This document shows, piece after piece, positions 38,401 through 47,581 of a DNA stretch of 64,000 nt. Both the position numbers and the translations under genes were made by a program. The notes under the pieces are model-generated. The model had not been told where the DNA came from. It saw nothing but the letters and a program-made list of their open reading frames with translations, and did no database searches. How positions within the stretch are numbered: the stretch's first letter is position 1; each line of letters opens with the position of its first letter. The DNA is from a virus, in the IMG/VR virus record IMGVR_UViG_3300021185_001145, positions 1-64,000 of that record; one strand, 5' to 3'.

Positions 38401-38549
38401 TTCTGCGAATTGAATTGGTATAGTGTTTTCGCCGCGGTTGTATCAGTAATGAGAAGAACTTTCTCTTTACCGTGATGCCCTTTGAATGACACTGTACCGG
38501 CTGTTTTGTCAAAGGTGACATATGCCGATGGAATTAAATGTCTTGCCAT
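32451..38549 (-). CDS. Very large virion structural protein (2032 aa), probable fibre/appendage
   Basis: Located in the late structural block; repeated H[G/N][L/F]xxG(D/E)xV beta modules; C-terminal lectin-like region (RQSRKYFRYQSGKG...GMFDDQNGFFFE...DYSWYGAG). Confidence 0.75.
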   Translation of the reverse strand: MARHLIPSAYVTFDKTAGTVSFKGHHGKEKVLLITDTTAAKTLYQFNSQNYKGTWSFSEATELTTINLDYDTAGDDDIGGGDNIQVFVNKDSEVMTVAEDLLDAVGKIRVSNPGNLIDTDFEYGLQSTKWETLQSVNNIPTVYSSSGDKPIDGILSVDAVAGSKQVKVTTSINHNLELGLPVSVQGLDDYQAEGFFTISGVDGQNTFFFELDVPASTTGDISGGYTTIVPAKFFEGSPLPVSVIDGAQTDGGAPSKIDVVTKETHGFAIGTKVYLRNTIGPKSLTIANPTATAPDGRPFLDTDANFITNIAVTSAEDTGRGNVRQNKVVTWDHQSTYSLYLQTNSFDAVNNTVSWPGHDLPNKSCLLFNSPFFEASDGGLVDGTVYFVEVIDADTIKLHSNYSLGSVVSLSTITNSVGAGRLGLVYKAWRVWPRHDQIYTEYNSPQSSAYYVNDTAPPTGDDTNSAPTSAVTANRYVVTAVRLRGQGNGENQHRLSVANAFGGYTGYLDGLIAGGAKLFLDYMGEADGDFEASNELSTITLYNPNGNGTITFGTGPNNPEGDGVDSESSTELNNSFDITSAVSSTSSTYGGRGNFRYDLNESSTLISSGTIRFHIRMELTEAQKALFKAQSYEHSGADLALDPSGYGLGGVNPSRVLAFQGKADGVASGGGDLTKDIFSSRADLQNSRFGTIKPTRANVLRNATSASSTTSPQTVFGDGTFRINFDFGTASEEFAYFTNNSIYTGSAGDNSDVYYMFVADLSSDKNTIYQPDHGITSGQSATITVDATDYAAGQRFKFADSSGSVQTIADETFDATIAVVSPDLFRITLDIAPNTDDIVGYPDQFTVGFITENDLYNTFYVNNHKIIAQSEAKYYASGQNEPATQTYTTTLVGDAEGGAFIVNGDYIGENEQNPTVKSFVAQDYEVTLSDVGSIGNTDRPSVWEWDAAAQAWNSYSGITGTSHAATTTTYSFTLASHNAYIAFDEPAVTGEVGVGSGDPSTPGTDTNYIKFESHVVSTVIGGLTNNTAYNLNRVNDSRLSLSQVVDTTAQATTAAVGRSNNSTVTEFINIETPLGITPTGASIIGVEYRGDFNESREYVKIKFTGDNTEYFIGRSGGADTTTFRSDIQWTTKDVSAILVDNGGNLGVNVEFDPTSRINRRVGSMTNWWEIRFIVTGATGSVILNDTGVVGEQEFLVDSLRGAYDGVFAIIEETPNPNEFVLATDFKIPLRAYTFESTDIDGLTGEITFDAPHNLITGEVVTYDPGTGNTSMLTDETDNVFNVIVTAADKIKLAVSSDSALNNIETGLGAQTGVHTLKARSLVKAISGSGLITFEDGNVEITGSGTNFLTTFKRFDEIYVTGPDYVYTLTVRDIQTDEKLRVFDAPTEDQATPSAYYFTTQIMLRPDGYSLHKSFDGGVDITAGTSPDSKIVRQSRKYFRYQSGKGIQNSLAINFNPPRILRSLIKSSTTTATVNTQEQHNLAVGDSVTIAGATVGPLSNNPYNGVFTVSAIPTPFQFQYVMAEVPDEAKASGFPTYVRNGWQDSFVRAGMFDDQNGFFFEYDGNTLSAVVRSSTLQLAGSVTATRNSQVITGNDTSFTTQVVAGDRVVIRGQSYKIVEVSSDLRMVVQPAYRGITSKGIKVTKTENRKAPQSEWNIDTANGQGPSGFKLDTTKLHMCYADYSWYGAGKVRFGFKDREGHIRYMHEFVHNNRLGESYFRSGNLPGRYEIENGPAATTAPTLFHFGTSIIMDGRFDDDKAYLFSRNSKPFAFTNGASRTFPSNAESTFDVITLNGSRVFVYAIPCTEANATATVVGSQITVSGSSLLPEGTYVTQVKLDGATSKVFTSYPATNTEPGTANIASAATLVNGEVTAIELDRPIPLVSLRLSPSVDSALTGAVGEREIINRMQLRLRQAGITTSKDVEIFLILNSIPSKADFQGAESPSLSQIIDHDHGDTLTGGTTIYAVKGSAGSLDIDLGELLELGNSILGGDGIFPNGPDLLTIAVQPQSTSDISGTNPFFVTGKISWSESQA

Positions 38550-38595
38550 TTTTTGTGTTCTCCCAAAATTTACATTAAGATTTGATTATCAAATA

Positions 38596-38603
38596 TATTT
38601 ATA
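38596..38603 (-). promoter_or_regulatory. Late promoter
   Basis: TATAAATA upstream of the 2032-aa gene. Confidence 0.8.
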
Positions 38604-38611
38604 CGACAAAC

Positions 38612-38854
38612 TTATCCGCCAAATCCGATATGATATGCCGTGATATAGTCTCTAATATCTTCATCCTGAATTCTCAATGTACCTCGAATGTTGATATCTG
38701 TTGCCAGTTTACTGGATTGTACTGCCGCATCGGCAATACGCTGTGTTGTGATTGCTTGGTCTGCATCAAGCACATTAACTACATTAATTAAGTCATTTGT
38801 TCTAGTCACCCACTGGGTAATAGAATTTGAATTGTTTAAAGTTGCGATTGTCAT
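38612..38854 (-). CDS. Small virion protein with a fibre-type N-terminal motif
   Basis: SITQWVTRTNDLI resembles the 'TFxQWRxKTN' N-termini of fibre proteins; has its own late promoter. Confidence 0.6.
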   Translation of the reverse strand: MTIATLNNSNSITQWVTRTNDLINVVNVLDADQAITTQRIADAAVQSSKLATDINIRGTLRIQDEDIRDYITAYHIGFGG

Positions 38855-38871
38855 TGGTTTCCCCTATGCTA

Positions 38872-39132
38872 TCATTTATTTATAAGTTGAGTGAGTAAAG
38901 ATTTGATATCTTTTAAATCATTTTCTAAACTATTTAGTCGTTTCGTGTTTGCCGCTTGCTCTTCTTTCAATCTTTTCTTTTCTAAGTAACTATCAATTTC
39001 TTCATCACTTAGAGTAGGTATAATTGCTTTTGAGTATGGGTCACGAATAAGATTAGGTTTATCGTGTATCCCCAAGTAAACATCGTCTACTTGGGGTTTG
39101 ATTTCAGTTTCAATCAAATTTTTATCTGGCAT
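38872..39132 (-). CDS. Conserved small hypothetical protein following the large baseplate-associated protein
   Basis: NLIRDPYSKAII plus a C-terminal coiled coil LENDLKDIKSLL. Confidence 0.75.
   Translation of the reverse strand: MPDKNLIETEIKPQVDDVYLGIHDKPNLIRDPYSKAIIPTLSDEEIDSYLEKKRLKEEQAANTKRLNSLENDLKDIKSLLTQLINK
38877..38884 (-). promoter_or_regulatory. Late promoter
   Basis: TATAAATA at the end of the 86-aa ORF. Confidence 0.65.
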
Positions 39133-39134
39133 TA

Positions 39135-42100
39135 TTAAGTGCTACCTGTTAATATTCTCAAATCTTGTGCATAAGGTACTCTTGATTTACTGTCAGTAAA
39201 CAAACATACTTTTACTGCAAATGTTACAAAGTTCCCAAATTCAACACCATCTTTGTTCGTGTACGTTACTGTACCGCCTGCAGGCTTCCATTCGTAGTCA
39301 AAAGTATCACCTTCATACTCTGAGAATGTCTGCTTTTGTTGCAAGTCCATGCGTACATATGGTGTATCGTCAAATTCACTAGCATCACCAGAAGAAAGAA
39401 TTTTATAGTAAACTTCAATCTCTGAACCACGAGGACGATAAGAACGCATTCTAACAGAAATGTTATCAGATGCAACTCTATCTTCAGGAATTGTTACTTG
39501 TTTTGTAACGTATCTTGCCTGTGCATTTCCGTCAAGTGCGCTTGTCTCACCTAAAATCACAAAGACTGGTGCAACTTCACCTGAACCTGCGGCGACTGTT
39601 AGTGTTGGTGTTTCATAGTAACCCGTACCTTCATTTGTAACACGAATTCCAATAAAGTCACCACTATTATATAGTCCTTCAAATTCAGTACCATCTGAGA
39701 TGACACCTTCTGCGATAAAGCCACTACCAATACCTGTAAGTGTTATACCACCATTTGCTGTTGTGGGTGGATTAGCAGGGTCATAACCTGTACCAACACT
39801 CTGAAGTACAATTTCTTCAGAACTAATCTGACCATCATTAATCAATTGGTCGATTAGCAATGCTCTTGCAGGTTCGATATCAATTGCTGGAGAAACGTCT
39901 ACGCTTGAACTAGTCATATTGTACTTGAAGTAGAATGTACCTGCTTCAGGACCTGCGCCCATTTCTCTATTTGCAAATACGTTCTCATCAGGAATATATT
40001 CAGTCCACCCAGTATCAATTGCTTGCTCTGGTTCAAGTGCTTCATTTTCAGCATTTACTAAAGATGTACCTTTATAGTAGAATTTAATATCTGTAGCATC
40101 ACTTGGGTCAATTGTCTCAACAACTGATTTGAATACTTGCCACGGATACATATCTTCACTTTCGTACTGACCAAGAACGGCTTCACCAACAACACTAGTA
40201 TCAAAGTTCGCTTTGTAAAGTCTGAACATCAAATCTTGTGTTTGTTCTGCGGTCCATGTAGAAGCGTTTTGTGACTTGAACAATGAACCAGCATATGGCT
40301 GTTCTGTAATTCTATTCGAAGAACCCAGAATTTCTGCACCCATTTCAGTGATATATGTCTCATAATTGTTAGAGTTTGACAAGAGAACAACCGCATATTC
40401 GCCAGGCTCCAAGTAAACGGGAGATGGAAATGCTACTTCTGTTGGTGATGCAAGAACACTTTCATTATCGAATGGGTTCTCTGGCAGAACAACATCAGCA
40501 GGCGGAATATCGACTTTACCAAATGGAACAATCAATGCGCTGTCTGGGTAACCGTTGTTTGTCGGTCTAATCTGTACAGATACAGGAATTTGCTCATCTT
40601 TACTTCTGAAGAACAAGTCAATCTTTGTGATGTAAACACCATTCGGGTGCTTCTGTGCATCAACCAAGATTGTTTCTGCAACTGGGTCATACCAACCAAC
40701 AACTCTGCTTGAACGGCGGCGAGATACAATTCTACTTGTTGCCGAACGAACAGTTCTTGTTTGTGTAACAGTCTCACGAATAAGTGCAGGTACACGGGTT
40801 GTAACTGTAGTATTCTGCATAATTTTCTTTTGACCTGTTGCACGATAAGTTGCATCAGCCGAAGTTGTACAGTCCCTTGGGTCTGCTTTATTCGGGTCGT
40901 CAAGTATGCGGAAGACACGTTCACCAGTCTTAAATCTCAAGCCAGTCTCACCTTCATTAGGTAAGTTGAATATGCCTGATAGAGTACCAGAACCATCTGT
41001 CTTCAATGCGTCACCGTCTTGCGCTGTAGTCAATCCAGACAAACGAGCGGTTGGCGGTCTACGGGTAACTGTAGCACCAGTAGCATCTTGTACACTAGTA
41101 ACTGTACCTACAATTTCCAAAGTCCTAGAGTTATCTGCAATGATTTGGTCAATCTCTGCTTGTGTACCTGGGTTCTGTTCTGTAATAATATCGTCAACTG
41201 TACGCTTAATATCATAAGTTGCTTCAAACTGAAACTTAATCTCATAGAAGTTACGCATTGGTCCAGGACCATAGTTCACACGACCAGTTGGGTTAATCCA
41301 AACACGAAGATATTGGTTGCCCCTTCTGCTATAGATACCTGCTTGTACGTTACGTCCATTCGGATATGTTGCAGTCCAGTTAGTATCTGTTTGGAATACA
41401 GAACCTGCACGAACACCTGAGAAACGACCTGCTAAGAAGCGGTTCGTACTAAAGCGCCACCACCAGCGGCGTCTCCACCAACGTCTGAACCAACGTCTGC
41501 GGGTATTCGCAAATCTGACAACAATATACTCTGAAGACGCATTCAAGTCACCACGGACCTGAATACCAGTAACTTTCAGAGTTTTTGCACGAATTTTATT
41601 TCCGTTTACATCATTACCTAAAATACTTGTAATATTGTATGTTTTAATAATACGTCTTCTATGTCTACGACCAACAGCAGGTGACCATTTACCAGAAACG
41701 GTTGCTTGTTGAATAACAGTACGCTTAACGATACGAGTAGAGAATGTATCTTCTGCGGTTAGTCCTTCAGCAACAAGTCTGCCTGTTGAACCGTCATGTC
41801 CAGCAACAATATTACCTCGACCCAAAATCGTTGTTGGGTCGTCAACATCATACACAAGAACTTCTTCTTTTTGCAAAAAGCGTTTTTCTTGTGCAGTTGC
41901 ATCGTTAGGATAAGTCAACTGTGTACCGACAATATCAAGTGTGTTTGCTGGTTTACAATATGCCGCAACCGCTTTGTTATCGAACCATGGGTATACAGTT
42001 GTATTTGGCTTCATGCCTGATACATTAAAGAATACTTCTTTTGCTCTCATCCATGGGATGATAGTCAAGTCTACAACTTTGTTACCTAATGAACGTCTAA

Positions 42101-45100
42101 CTGTTCTCATACCCCAACGTGTACGAATACCTGTACGAGTTTGTCTACGAGTTGTTACAGTAGTTGCTCTTGTGATGCGGTCTGTTCTACGAATAACTGC
42201 ACGTCCTCTAACAGAACGAGATGCCGCAGACCTGAAAGATGGGTCACGCCATGTAGAACTTCTTACGCTACTTCTTGTGTTTGTAGTACGACCAGTCCAT
42301 GTTGTCTGCCAGTTGTTCCACTGAACACCACCACCGAAGCGTCTACGAAATCTTGTTCTGCGATTAAGTCTACCCAGAATACCTCTAAACGCATCATTCT
42401 CACCTGCAATGTTTACATTGACAGTCGGACGCTGTTCAGTGTCAATCCAGTTGTCAGTATGCGGAGAAAGTTCCATCGTACCAACAAAGTTTGCAATGTT
42501 GTATGGGTTGACGTTAATTGCTTTAGAACACAGAGGAATTTCAACAAAAATTTCTGGTGTATATGGTAGTGTAATAAGTTCGCCAGTCAGCATAACATCG
42601 TTACTATCATCTTCATCATACTCCATTGCAACATTTTCTGTTTCGAATGGAGGACGAAGTTCACCTTCTTCAAAGTCAATTGAACAATCGTGGTCTGGGT
42701 TTGATACGTCACCAACTTGGTGTCCGTTGAAACCATCTACAAGCATACCCGTTTTAAGACCTACAGTACCGTCTGGGTTCTGAATTGTCAATGCGTCTGC
42801 TTCACCTTCAAGTGAATTCAATGCAGACATATATTCAAGGTCATTTAGACGTACTTCAATATCTGCAATATCCCTAGAGGTATAGTTTTTCTGAGGAATA
42901 TATTCATAAAGAACATCATCAGGTTGGAATGTATATGCAGGAACATCCAACAAGAACAACGTCAATGCTGTTTCGGGTTCTGGTGGATACTCTGGGCGCA
43001 ATGAAGATACACCCTTAACTAGTTTAAATTCTTGGTCGGCAGTCAGAATAAGTCTGTCTCTACGGTCAAGATAGTATGAGAAGTCAACTTCAACTGTGCT
43101 TGTTGGTAGGGGAAGAACAACACCCTCAAGGTCTGTGAATGATGTAACATTAGATAATGCCGCATCAATGGTGTCATTAGAAACAATAGCATCTTGTCTT
43201 CTACCGCGGAAATCTAGTACGTTTCTCAATTCATACAACTGACCAGTAGTTGCAGAAGAGAACTGTGGAATATTTTCATATGAAACATCTGAGTATGAGT
43301 TTACTGTAAACATACCAGACGCACCCGATGTAATGTGCTGGAAGTATCTAAACTGTACAACCAACTGACCAACAGGAAGCGTTGAACCAGTAATAAATTT
43401 CAGTGAACCATAATCATAGAAGTTATCTTTTTGCCCATTATTCAATTCAAAAAGAGATGCTTGGTTAGTAAATTCTATGTCGCCATCAGCATTTACTAGA
43501 TTTCCGTTTACATCAATAGTAAAGTCTGTTAATGTAATACCCGAATTCGCATCGCCAGAATCCCAAATACCGACAACATCAAAAATGTCTGAAGTAAAGA
43601 GACTTAATATGGGGTTCGTTGATAAAGCAGGTGCTTCATATGTGTAAGTGTTTGTTGCGAGAGTTTTCGCTTTCTCTGCGCCATTGTTTAAGTTTAGTGT
43701 TGTTAGAATATTAAATGTAGTACCCGCAGAAGGAGCCACTGCACCAGAAACACCATCTGTTGCAGGGAATGATACACGCAATGTATCTGCGGCGTCATCT
43801 GGACGACCCAAATCAATAGAAAGTTCTACGCCAGATGTTGGACCCAAATCTACGATATCGCCTGGTCCATATGAGAACCCATTGCTGTCTGTAAAACTGC
43901 CAGAAGCAAGTGTCATTGTATAGAACAATTGTGCTACTGTACCAGAGATACTACCTGCACTTGGGTAGAATAAGTTATTACTATCTGAAGAAACGATAGG
44001 TGCGGAATCTAATCCACCGCTACCTGCGTTTGGAATAGTAATATTATTGTATTGTACTTGATATGAATAGTCAATATCATTTGTGCCGCCTTCGCTTGCA
44101 AGAAGTCCACCAGACTTAATTGAGCGAATATTTTCATAAGGCAGTTCAAAGATTAGAGAGTTAATACCTGCTTCAAATAGAATTGTAGTATTGTTCGCTT
44201 CTTCACTCACTTTACCATCAATAGCAATTCTTGCGCTTGCATCGAAGTCATATGCACCAGATGTTAATGTTGCAACTGCTAGACTTTCTAGGTTATCAAA
44301 CGTATCTCTGATAATTGAAATTTCATACAAATATGTTCTGTTTTTAATGTCTACTTGATTGCCGCTACCAAAATCTGTAATGTCTTTTTCTGAGAAGCGA
44401 ACCATGCGTACTTTTGCAGTACCAATCTTTGCATAGTTTTCATATACCCACTGAGGAATAGTATTATTAGTAAATGCCTCTCCAGAATTACTTGAAGTTG
44501 AGTAATATTGTGTTGCACCGTCAGGAGAATATATTTGTACATCTCTTCCTGATTGCCCAACAAAATTTCCGTCCCAATCACCTAGAGTTGCAAGACTATA
44601 ATCGTTATTGACATTTGTAGTACCAGTCAAACGAAACCATGTAACGTCTCCTGTAGTATCAGTTACAATTTCTGCAATGACACCCCATTTGTTGCCAGCC
44701 GCGCCATTAAAGCGAAGTGTGTTACCAACTGCAACTTCACTTATTCCTGCACTCGTACCTGCGACAGTGATTGTTAGATGTGATGTAGTGATTGATACCC
44801 AAGCACCGTAATCATAACCCAATTGATATTGAGCATTCAACAAGTCTACTTGTTCTTGGTTATCAACATCGAACATATTGAAGTGTCTATTTGTAATAAC
44901 ATAGTTACCAAATTCAACACCGATGTTGTTACTTTCTGCAACATCAAATTCTCTTGCTTTATCAAGTTCTGCAAGAGTTTGAATTGGTGTTTCGAATGAA
45001 CGACCACCAACGTATGCACGCCCTGGACCAATATCCAGAGTGAGTTTATCTTCATATGATTGAACATTTTCAACTACATCAAGTGAGAATGGGTCAACAA

Positions 45101-46076
45101 CAAAGTTACCATGAATGTCATATACTGTTTTTGCCATCTCATCGCCGATTGCAGAATATACTGGTACCTTGACATGTTTATCAACACCACCTGCATTCAA
45201 ACGAGCAATTTCAATAAAGTCAATATCAGAAACGCCGTCAATAACTTCTTGATTAGTTAAAGTAATACTCGGAATATATGTGTTTTTACGGACTAAGTTA
45301 AGGTCCATACGATATCTGTGACCACCAGGTGCGGTATAGTTGTAAGAACCTTCCGCTGGGTCAAGTAGTGAGTTATCATCATCTTCATCGACAATTGTAT
45401 GCGTAATATCCATGCCAACACGACATGTTGCTGGATGATTGCCATCATACTGAGAAGATATCACAAGAGTTTGTGCAGGGTTATGTACAAACAAACCGTT
45501 AATGTAGAATACACCTTCATCAACTGAGATTGTTGTTGCTTCACCTTCACGTCCACCTGCGACAACACCAGTGTCAACAGATGAAGATATTTCCGCAATT
45601 GCAGTTTGGGACTCATCGGTCTCCAAGTAAATTAACTCGGAGCCGAGAGTACCAGTACCCGATACTAGGGTACAAAACAACAACGGAGGGGTAGTATCCG
45701 ATGAGGCACGATAGTCAATAACAAACCATCTAGTTTCTTCAAAAGAGGGAATCGGCGTGGTGGCGTTATCCCTAGTTTTAATAAACTTACCCTTTAAGTT
45801 AGCGAGACTTGCTGTTGAAACGTCAACATTATCCAATTGCTCATTAAGAACAATGTATTTTGCGCCGTTGTTAATAGAGGACTGTGCCCCGTACACGATA
45901 CTACCTTCACGGTAAATACCCGTACCAAACTCACCCATCTGATTTTGAATGATGGTCTGAAGTTGGGTCAGTTCCCTTGCTTGAACGGCATAACCAGGAC
46001 GAAAGAGAATTCTTAGAAAATCCTTCTCTTTGTCATAGTCATCATAATATGGATTAATGTTAAAATTAATTGGCAT
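39135..46076 (-). CDS. Very large virion structural protein (2313 aa), DUF4815/VrlC-like
   Basis: NFNINPYYDDY...LFRPGYAVQARELTQLQ, APGGHR, GLKTGMLVDGF, NVNPY, DPVAET, GSLFKSQNASTW...QDLMF; follows gp8 as in marine T4-like phages. Confidence 0.85.
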   Translation of the reverse strand: MPINFNINPYYDDYDKEKDFLRILFRPGYAVQARELTQLQTIIQNQMGEFGTGIYREGSIVYGAQSSINNGAKYIVLNEQLDNVDVSTASLANLKGKFIKTRDNATTPIPSFEETRWFVIDYRASSDTTPPLLFCTLVSGTGTLGSELIYLETDESQTAIAEISSSVDTGVVAGGREGEATTISVDEGVFYINGLFVHNPAQTLVISSQYDGNHPATCRVGMDITHTIVDEDDDNSLLDPAEGSYNYTAPGGHRYRMDLNLVRKNTYIPSITLTNQEVIDGVSDIDFIEIARLNAGGVDKHVKVPVYSAIGDEMAKTVYDIHGNFVVDPFSLDVVENVQSYEDKLTLDIGPGRAYVGGRSFETPIQTLAELDKAREFDVAESNNIGVEFGNYVITNRHFNMFDVDNQEQVDLLNAQYQLGYDYGAWVSITTSHLTITVAGTSAGISEVAVGNTLRFNGAAGNKWGVIAEIVTDTTGDVTWFRLTGTTNVNNDYSLATLGDWDGNFVGQSGRDVQIYSPDGATQYYSTSSNSGEAFTNNTIPQWVYENYAKIGTAKVRMVRFSEKDITDFGSGNQVDIKNRTYLYEISIIRDTFDNLESLAVATLTSGAYDFDASARIAIDGKVSEEANNTTILFEAGINSLIFELPYENIRSIKSGGLLASEGGTNDIDYSYQVQYNNITIPNAGSGGLDSAPIVSSDSNNLFYPSAGSISGTVAQLFYTMTLASGSFTDSNGFSYGPGDIVDLGPTSGVELSIDLGRPDDAADTLRVSFPATDGVSGAVAPSAGTTFNILTTLNLNNGAEKAKTLATNTYTYEAPALSTNPILSLFTSDIFDVVGIWDSGDANSGITLTDFTIDVNGNLVNADGDIEFTNQASLFELNNGQKDNFYDYGSLKFITGSTLPVGQLVVQFRYFQHITSGASGMFTVNSYSDVSYENIPQFSSATTGQLYELRNVLDFRGRRQDAIVSNDTIDAALSNVTSFTDLEGVVLPLPTSTVEVDFSYYLDRRDRLILTADQEFKLVKGVSSLRPEYPPEPETALTLFLLDVPAYTFQPDDVLYEYIPQKNYTSRDIADIEVRLNDLEYMSALNSLEGEADALTIQNPDGTVGLKTGMLVDGFNGHQVGDVSNPDHDCSIDFEEGELRPPFETENVAMEYDEDDSNDVMLTGELITLPYTPEIFVEIPLCSKAINVNPYNIANFVGTMELSPHTDNWIDTEQRPTVNVNIAGENDAFRGILGRLNRRTRFRRRFGGGVQWNNWQTTWTGRTTNTRSSVRSSTWRDPSFRSAASRSVRGRAVIRRTDRITRATTVTTRRQTRTGIRTRWGMRTVRRSLGNKVVDLTIIPWMRAKEVFFNVSGMKPNTTVYPWFDNKAVAAYCKPANTLDIVGTQLTYPNDATAQEKRFLQKEEVLVYDVDDPTTILGRGNIVAGHDGSTGRLVAEGLTAEDTFSTRIVKRTVIQQATVSGKWSPAVGRRHRRRIIKTYNITSILGNDVNGNKIRAKTLKVTGIQVRGDLNASSEYIVVRFANTRRRWFRRWWRRRWWWRFSTNRFLAGRFSGVRAGSVFQTDTNWTATYPNGRNVQAGIYSRRGNQYLRVWINPTGRVNYGPGPMRNFYEIKFQFEATYDIKRTVDDIITEQNPGTQAEIDQIIADNSRTLEIVGTVTSVQDATGATVTRRPPTARLSGLTTAQDGDALKTDGSGTLSGIFNLPNEGETGLRFKTGERVFRILDDPNKADPRDCTTSADATYRATGQKKIMQNTTVTTRVPALIRETVTQTRTVRSATSRIVSRRRSSRVVGWYDPVAETILVDAQKHPNGVYITKIDLFFRSKDEQIPVSVQIRPTNNGYPDSALIVPFGKVDIPPADVVLPENPFDNESVLASPTEVAFPSPVYLEPGEYAVVLLSNSNNYETYITEMGAEILGSSNRITEQPYAGSLFKSQNASTWTAEQTQDLMFRLYKANFDTSVVGEAVLGQYESEDMYPWQVFKSVVETIDPSDATDIKFYYKGTSLVNAENEALEPEQAIDTGWTEYIPDENVFANREMGAGPEAGTFYFKYNMTSSSVDVSPAIDIEPARALLIDQLINDGQISSEEIVLQSVGTGYDPANPPTTANGGITLTGIGSGFIAEGVISDGTEFEGLYNSGDFIGIRVTNEGTGYYETPTLTVAAGSGEVAPVFVILGETSALDGNAQARYVTKQVTIPEDRVASDNISVRMRSYRPRGSEIEVYYKILSSGDASEFDDTPYVRMDLQQKQTFSEYEGDTFDYEWKPAGGTVTYTNKDGVEFGNFVTFAVKVCLFTDSKSRVPYAQDLRILTGST

Positions 46077-46131
46077 AATTGGTGTCTCGCTATCCTAAAT
46101 TCATCGGTTATAATTAAGTCTTATTCACAAC

Positions 46132-46139
46132 TATTTATT
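46132..46139 (-). promoter_or_regulatory. Variant late promoter
   Basis: AATAAATA between gp8 and the 2313-aa gene. Confidence 0.5.
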
Positions 46140-46148
46140 ACCGTCGAT

Positions 46149-47447
46149 TTAGAATTCAACGATAAGTTTGATATCTTCAATTTGGTCAGCGGCACGGGTA
46201 ATCGGGCGTCTGTACTCAACATAAAGAATATCACCAGTGTAACGATTAAGGTCACCACCATCAACACCACCAGTGTCAATTGCGGCTGTTGCAGTTGAAC
46301 TGCCACCTGTAATAGTTTCACCAACAGCGAATGTACCCACAACATTAATCAACGAAACGATAGCGTTTGCTGTGTCATATGCAAGAACCTTAGCAGTTGC
46401 ACCAGATGTTCCGCCAGTAATGACTTCATCTTCTACAAAGTTGCCAGATACACCAGTTAGTGTAAGGTTCCAGTCTTGTGCGTATGTGCTGTTTGTAGCA
46501 ACTGCATCATCTGCCGACTGAGTTGGGTCACGAAGAATACCGATTTTACGATAGTCGTTGTTAGTTGGGAAGTTCCCGCCTTCACCATATTCCAAACGAG
46601 AGTTCAGCATCACATAGAAGCCGCCAAGTTCGTGAATTGGGTCGAATGCATGTCCGCCTTTTGGTGCAATAATAGCACGGGCAGTTGCGCCTGAACCAGT
46701 ACCATCTGAGATAGCGATATCTGCAAATGAGTATGCTGAACCGCGGTTCTGAACAGTGATTTTGGTGATAACACCATTATCAACAGTAGCAGTAGCAGTT
46801 GCGCTTGCACCATCACCACTGATAGTCACAGTTGGCGTTGCTGAGTAGTTTGTACCACCAGCAGTTACAAGAATAACGTCAAGTGCGCCGTCTGTGGCTG
46901 AACCTGAAGTTGCTGTATCTGCACGAACTGGTACCCACTCAGGAGTAACGAACTTGAGTGTTTCCGCCGCAGTGATTGTGTACATGTATTGCCACTTGTA
47001 CTCATCAGCAGTTGAGAATGGGTCAGCCGCAGTACCAGTAGGTTCAACAGTTGATGCACCACCACCATTGTTGAACAAGCACTTATAAACGTCAAACGAA
47101 GAGTTTACAACGTAAAATTCGTTTGAGAAAAGTGTCGAATCCTCATGGTCATACTGCGAATAAACAGAACCTGAGGTCCAGTCATAGCGTGGGATAACGT
47201 GAGCGACTTCACCAGATTGTACACGCTTGGCTGAAATCATGTCACGCCAATGGTCAAATTCAGTTTGGTCGAATGAATCCACAGGAGTTGGTGGTGTTAC
47301 ATCATCACCTGTTTCCCCTGCGCCTGTTCCCCATGGGTCTACACGCCCAATGAAGAGATACATATTTGTCGCGGCTGCCTCTGAAAAAGCCTCCACGAAT
47401 TGTTCCGAATTGTGTAAACGGAACTTGCTAGTTACGATTGCTGGCAT
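46149..47447 (-). CDS. gp8: Baseplate wedge subunit
   Basis: MPAIVTSKFR, PRYDWTSG, VYKCLFN, YKWQYMYTI, GDILYVEYRRPITRAADQIEDIKLIVEF. Confidence 0.94.
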   Translation of the reverse strand: MPAIVTSKFRLHNSEQFVEAFSEAAATNMYLFIGRVDPWGTGAGETGDDVTPPTPVDSFDQTEFDHWRDMISAKRVQSGEVAHVIPRYDWTSGSVYSQYDHEDSTLFSNEFYVVNSSFDVYKCLFNNGGGASTVEPTGTAADPFSTADEYKWQYMYTITAAETLKFVTPEWVPVRADTATSGSATDGALDVILVTAGGTNYSATPTVTISGDGASATATATVDNGVITKITVQNRGSAYSFADIAISDGTGSGATARAIIAPKGGHAFDPIHELGGFYVMLNSRLEYGEGGNFPTNNDYRKIGILRDPTQSADDAVATNSTYAQDWNLTLTGVSGNFVEDEVITGGTSGATAKVLAYDTANAIVSLINVVGTFAVGETITGGSSTATAAIDTGGVDGGDLNRYTGDILYVEYRRPITRAADQIEDIKLIVEF

Positions 47448-47510
47448 TTGTTATTACCTCCGAAGTGTTTAAATTACCTAAATATTATAATGATTTTCTA
47501 CCATCATACA

Positions 47511-47572
47511 TATTTATAATCAATGTTATCGTTGTTGTCCATAATAAATCTTTCTAAGACATAATATTTATA
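47511..47572 (-). promoter_or_regulatory. Two tandem late promoters for gp8
   Basis: TATAAATA at 47565-47572 and at 47511-47518. Confidence 0.8.
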
Positions 47573-47581
47573 AGACACGCT

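Noticed and set aside
32451-46076. Diversity-generating retroelement acting on the fibre genes
   Set aside because: No reverse transcriptase and no near-identical nucleotide repeat pair seen; the shared domain is similar only at the protein level.
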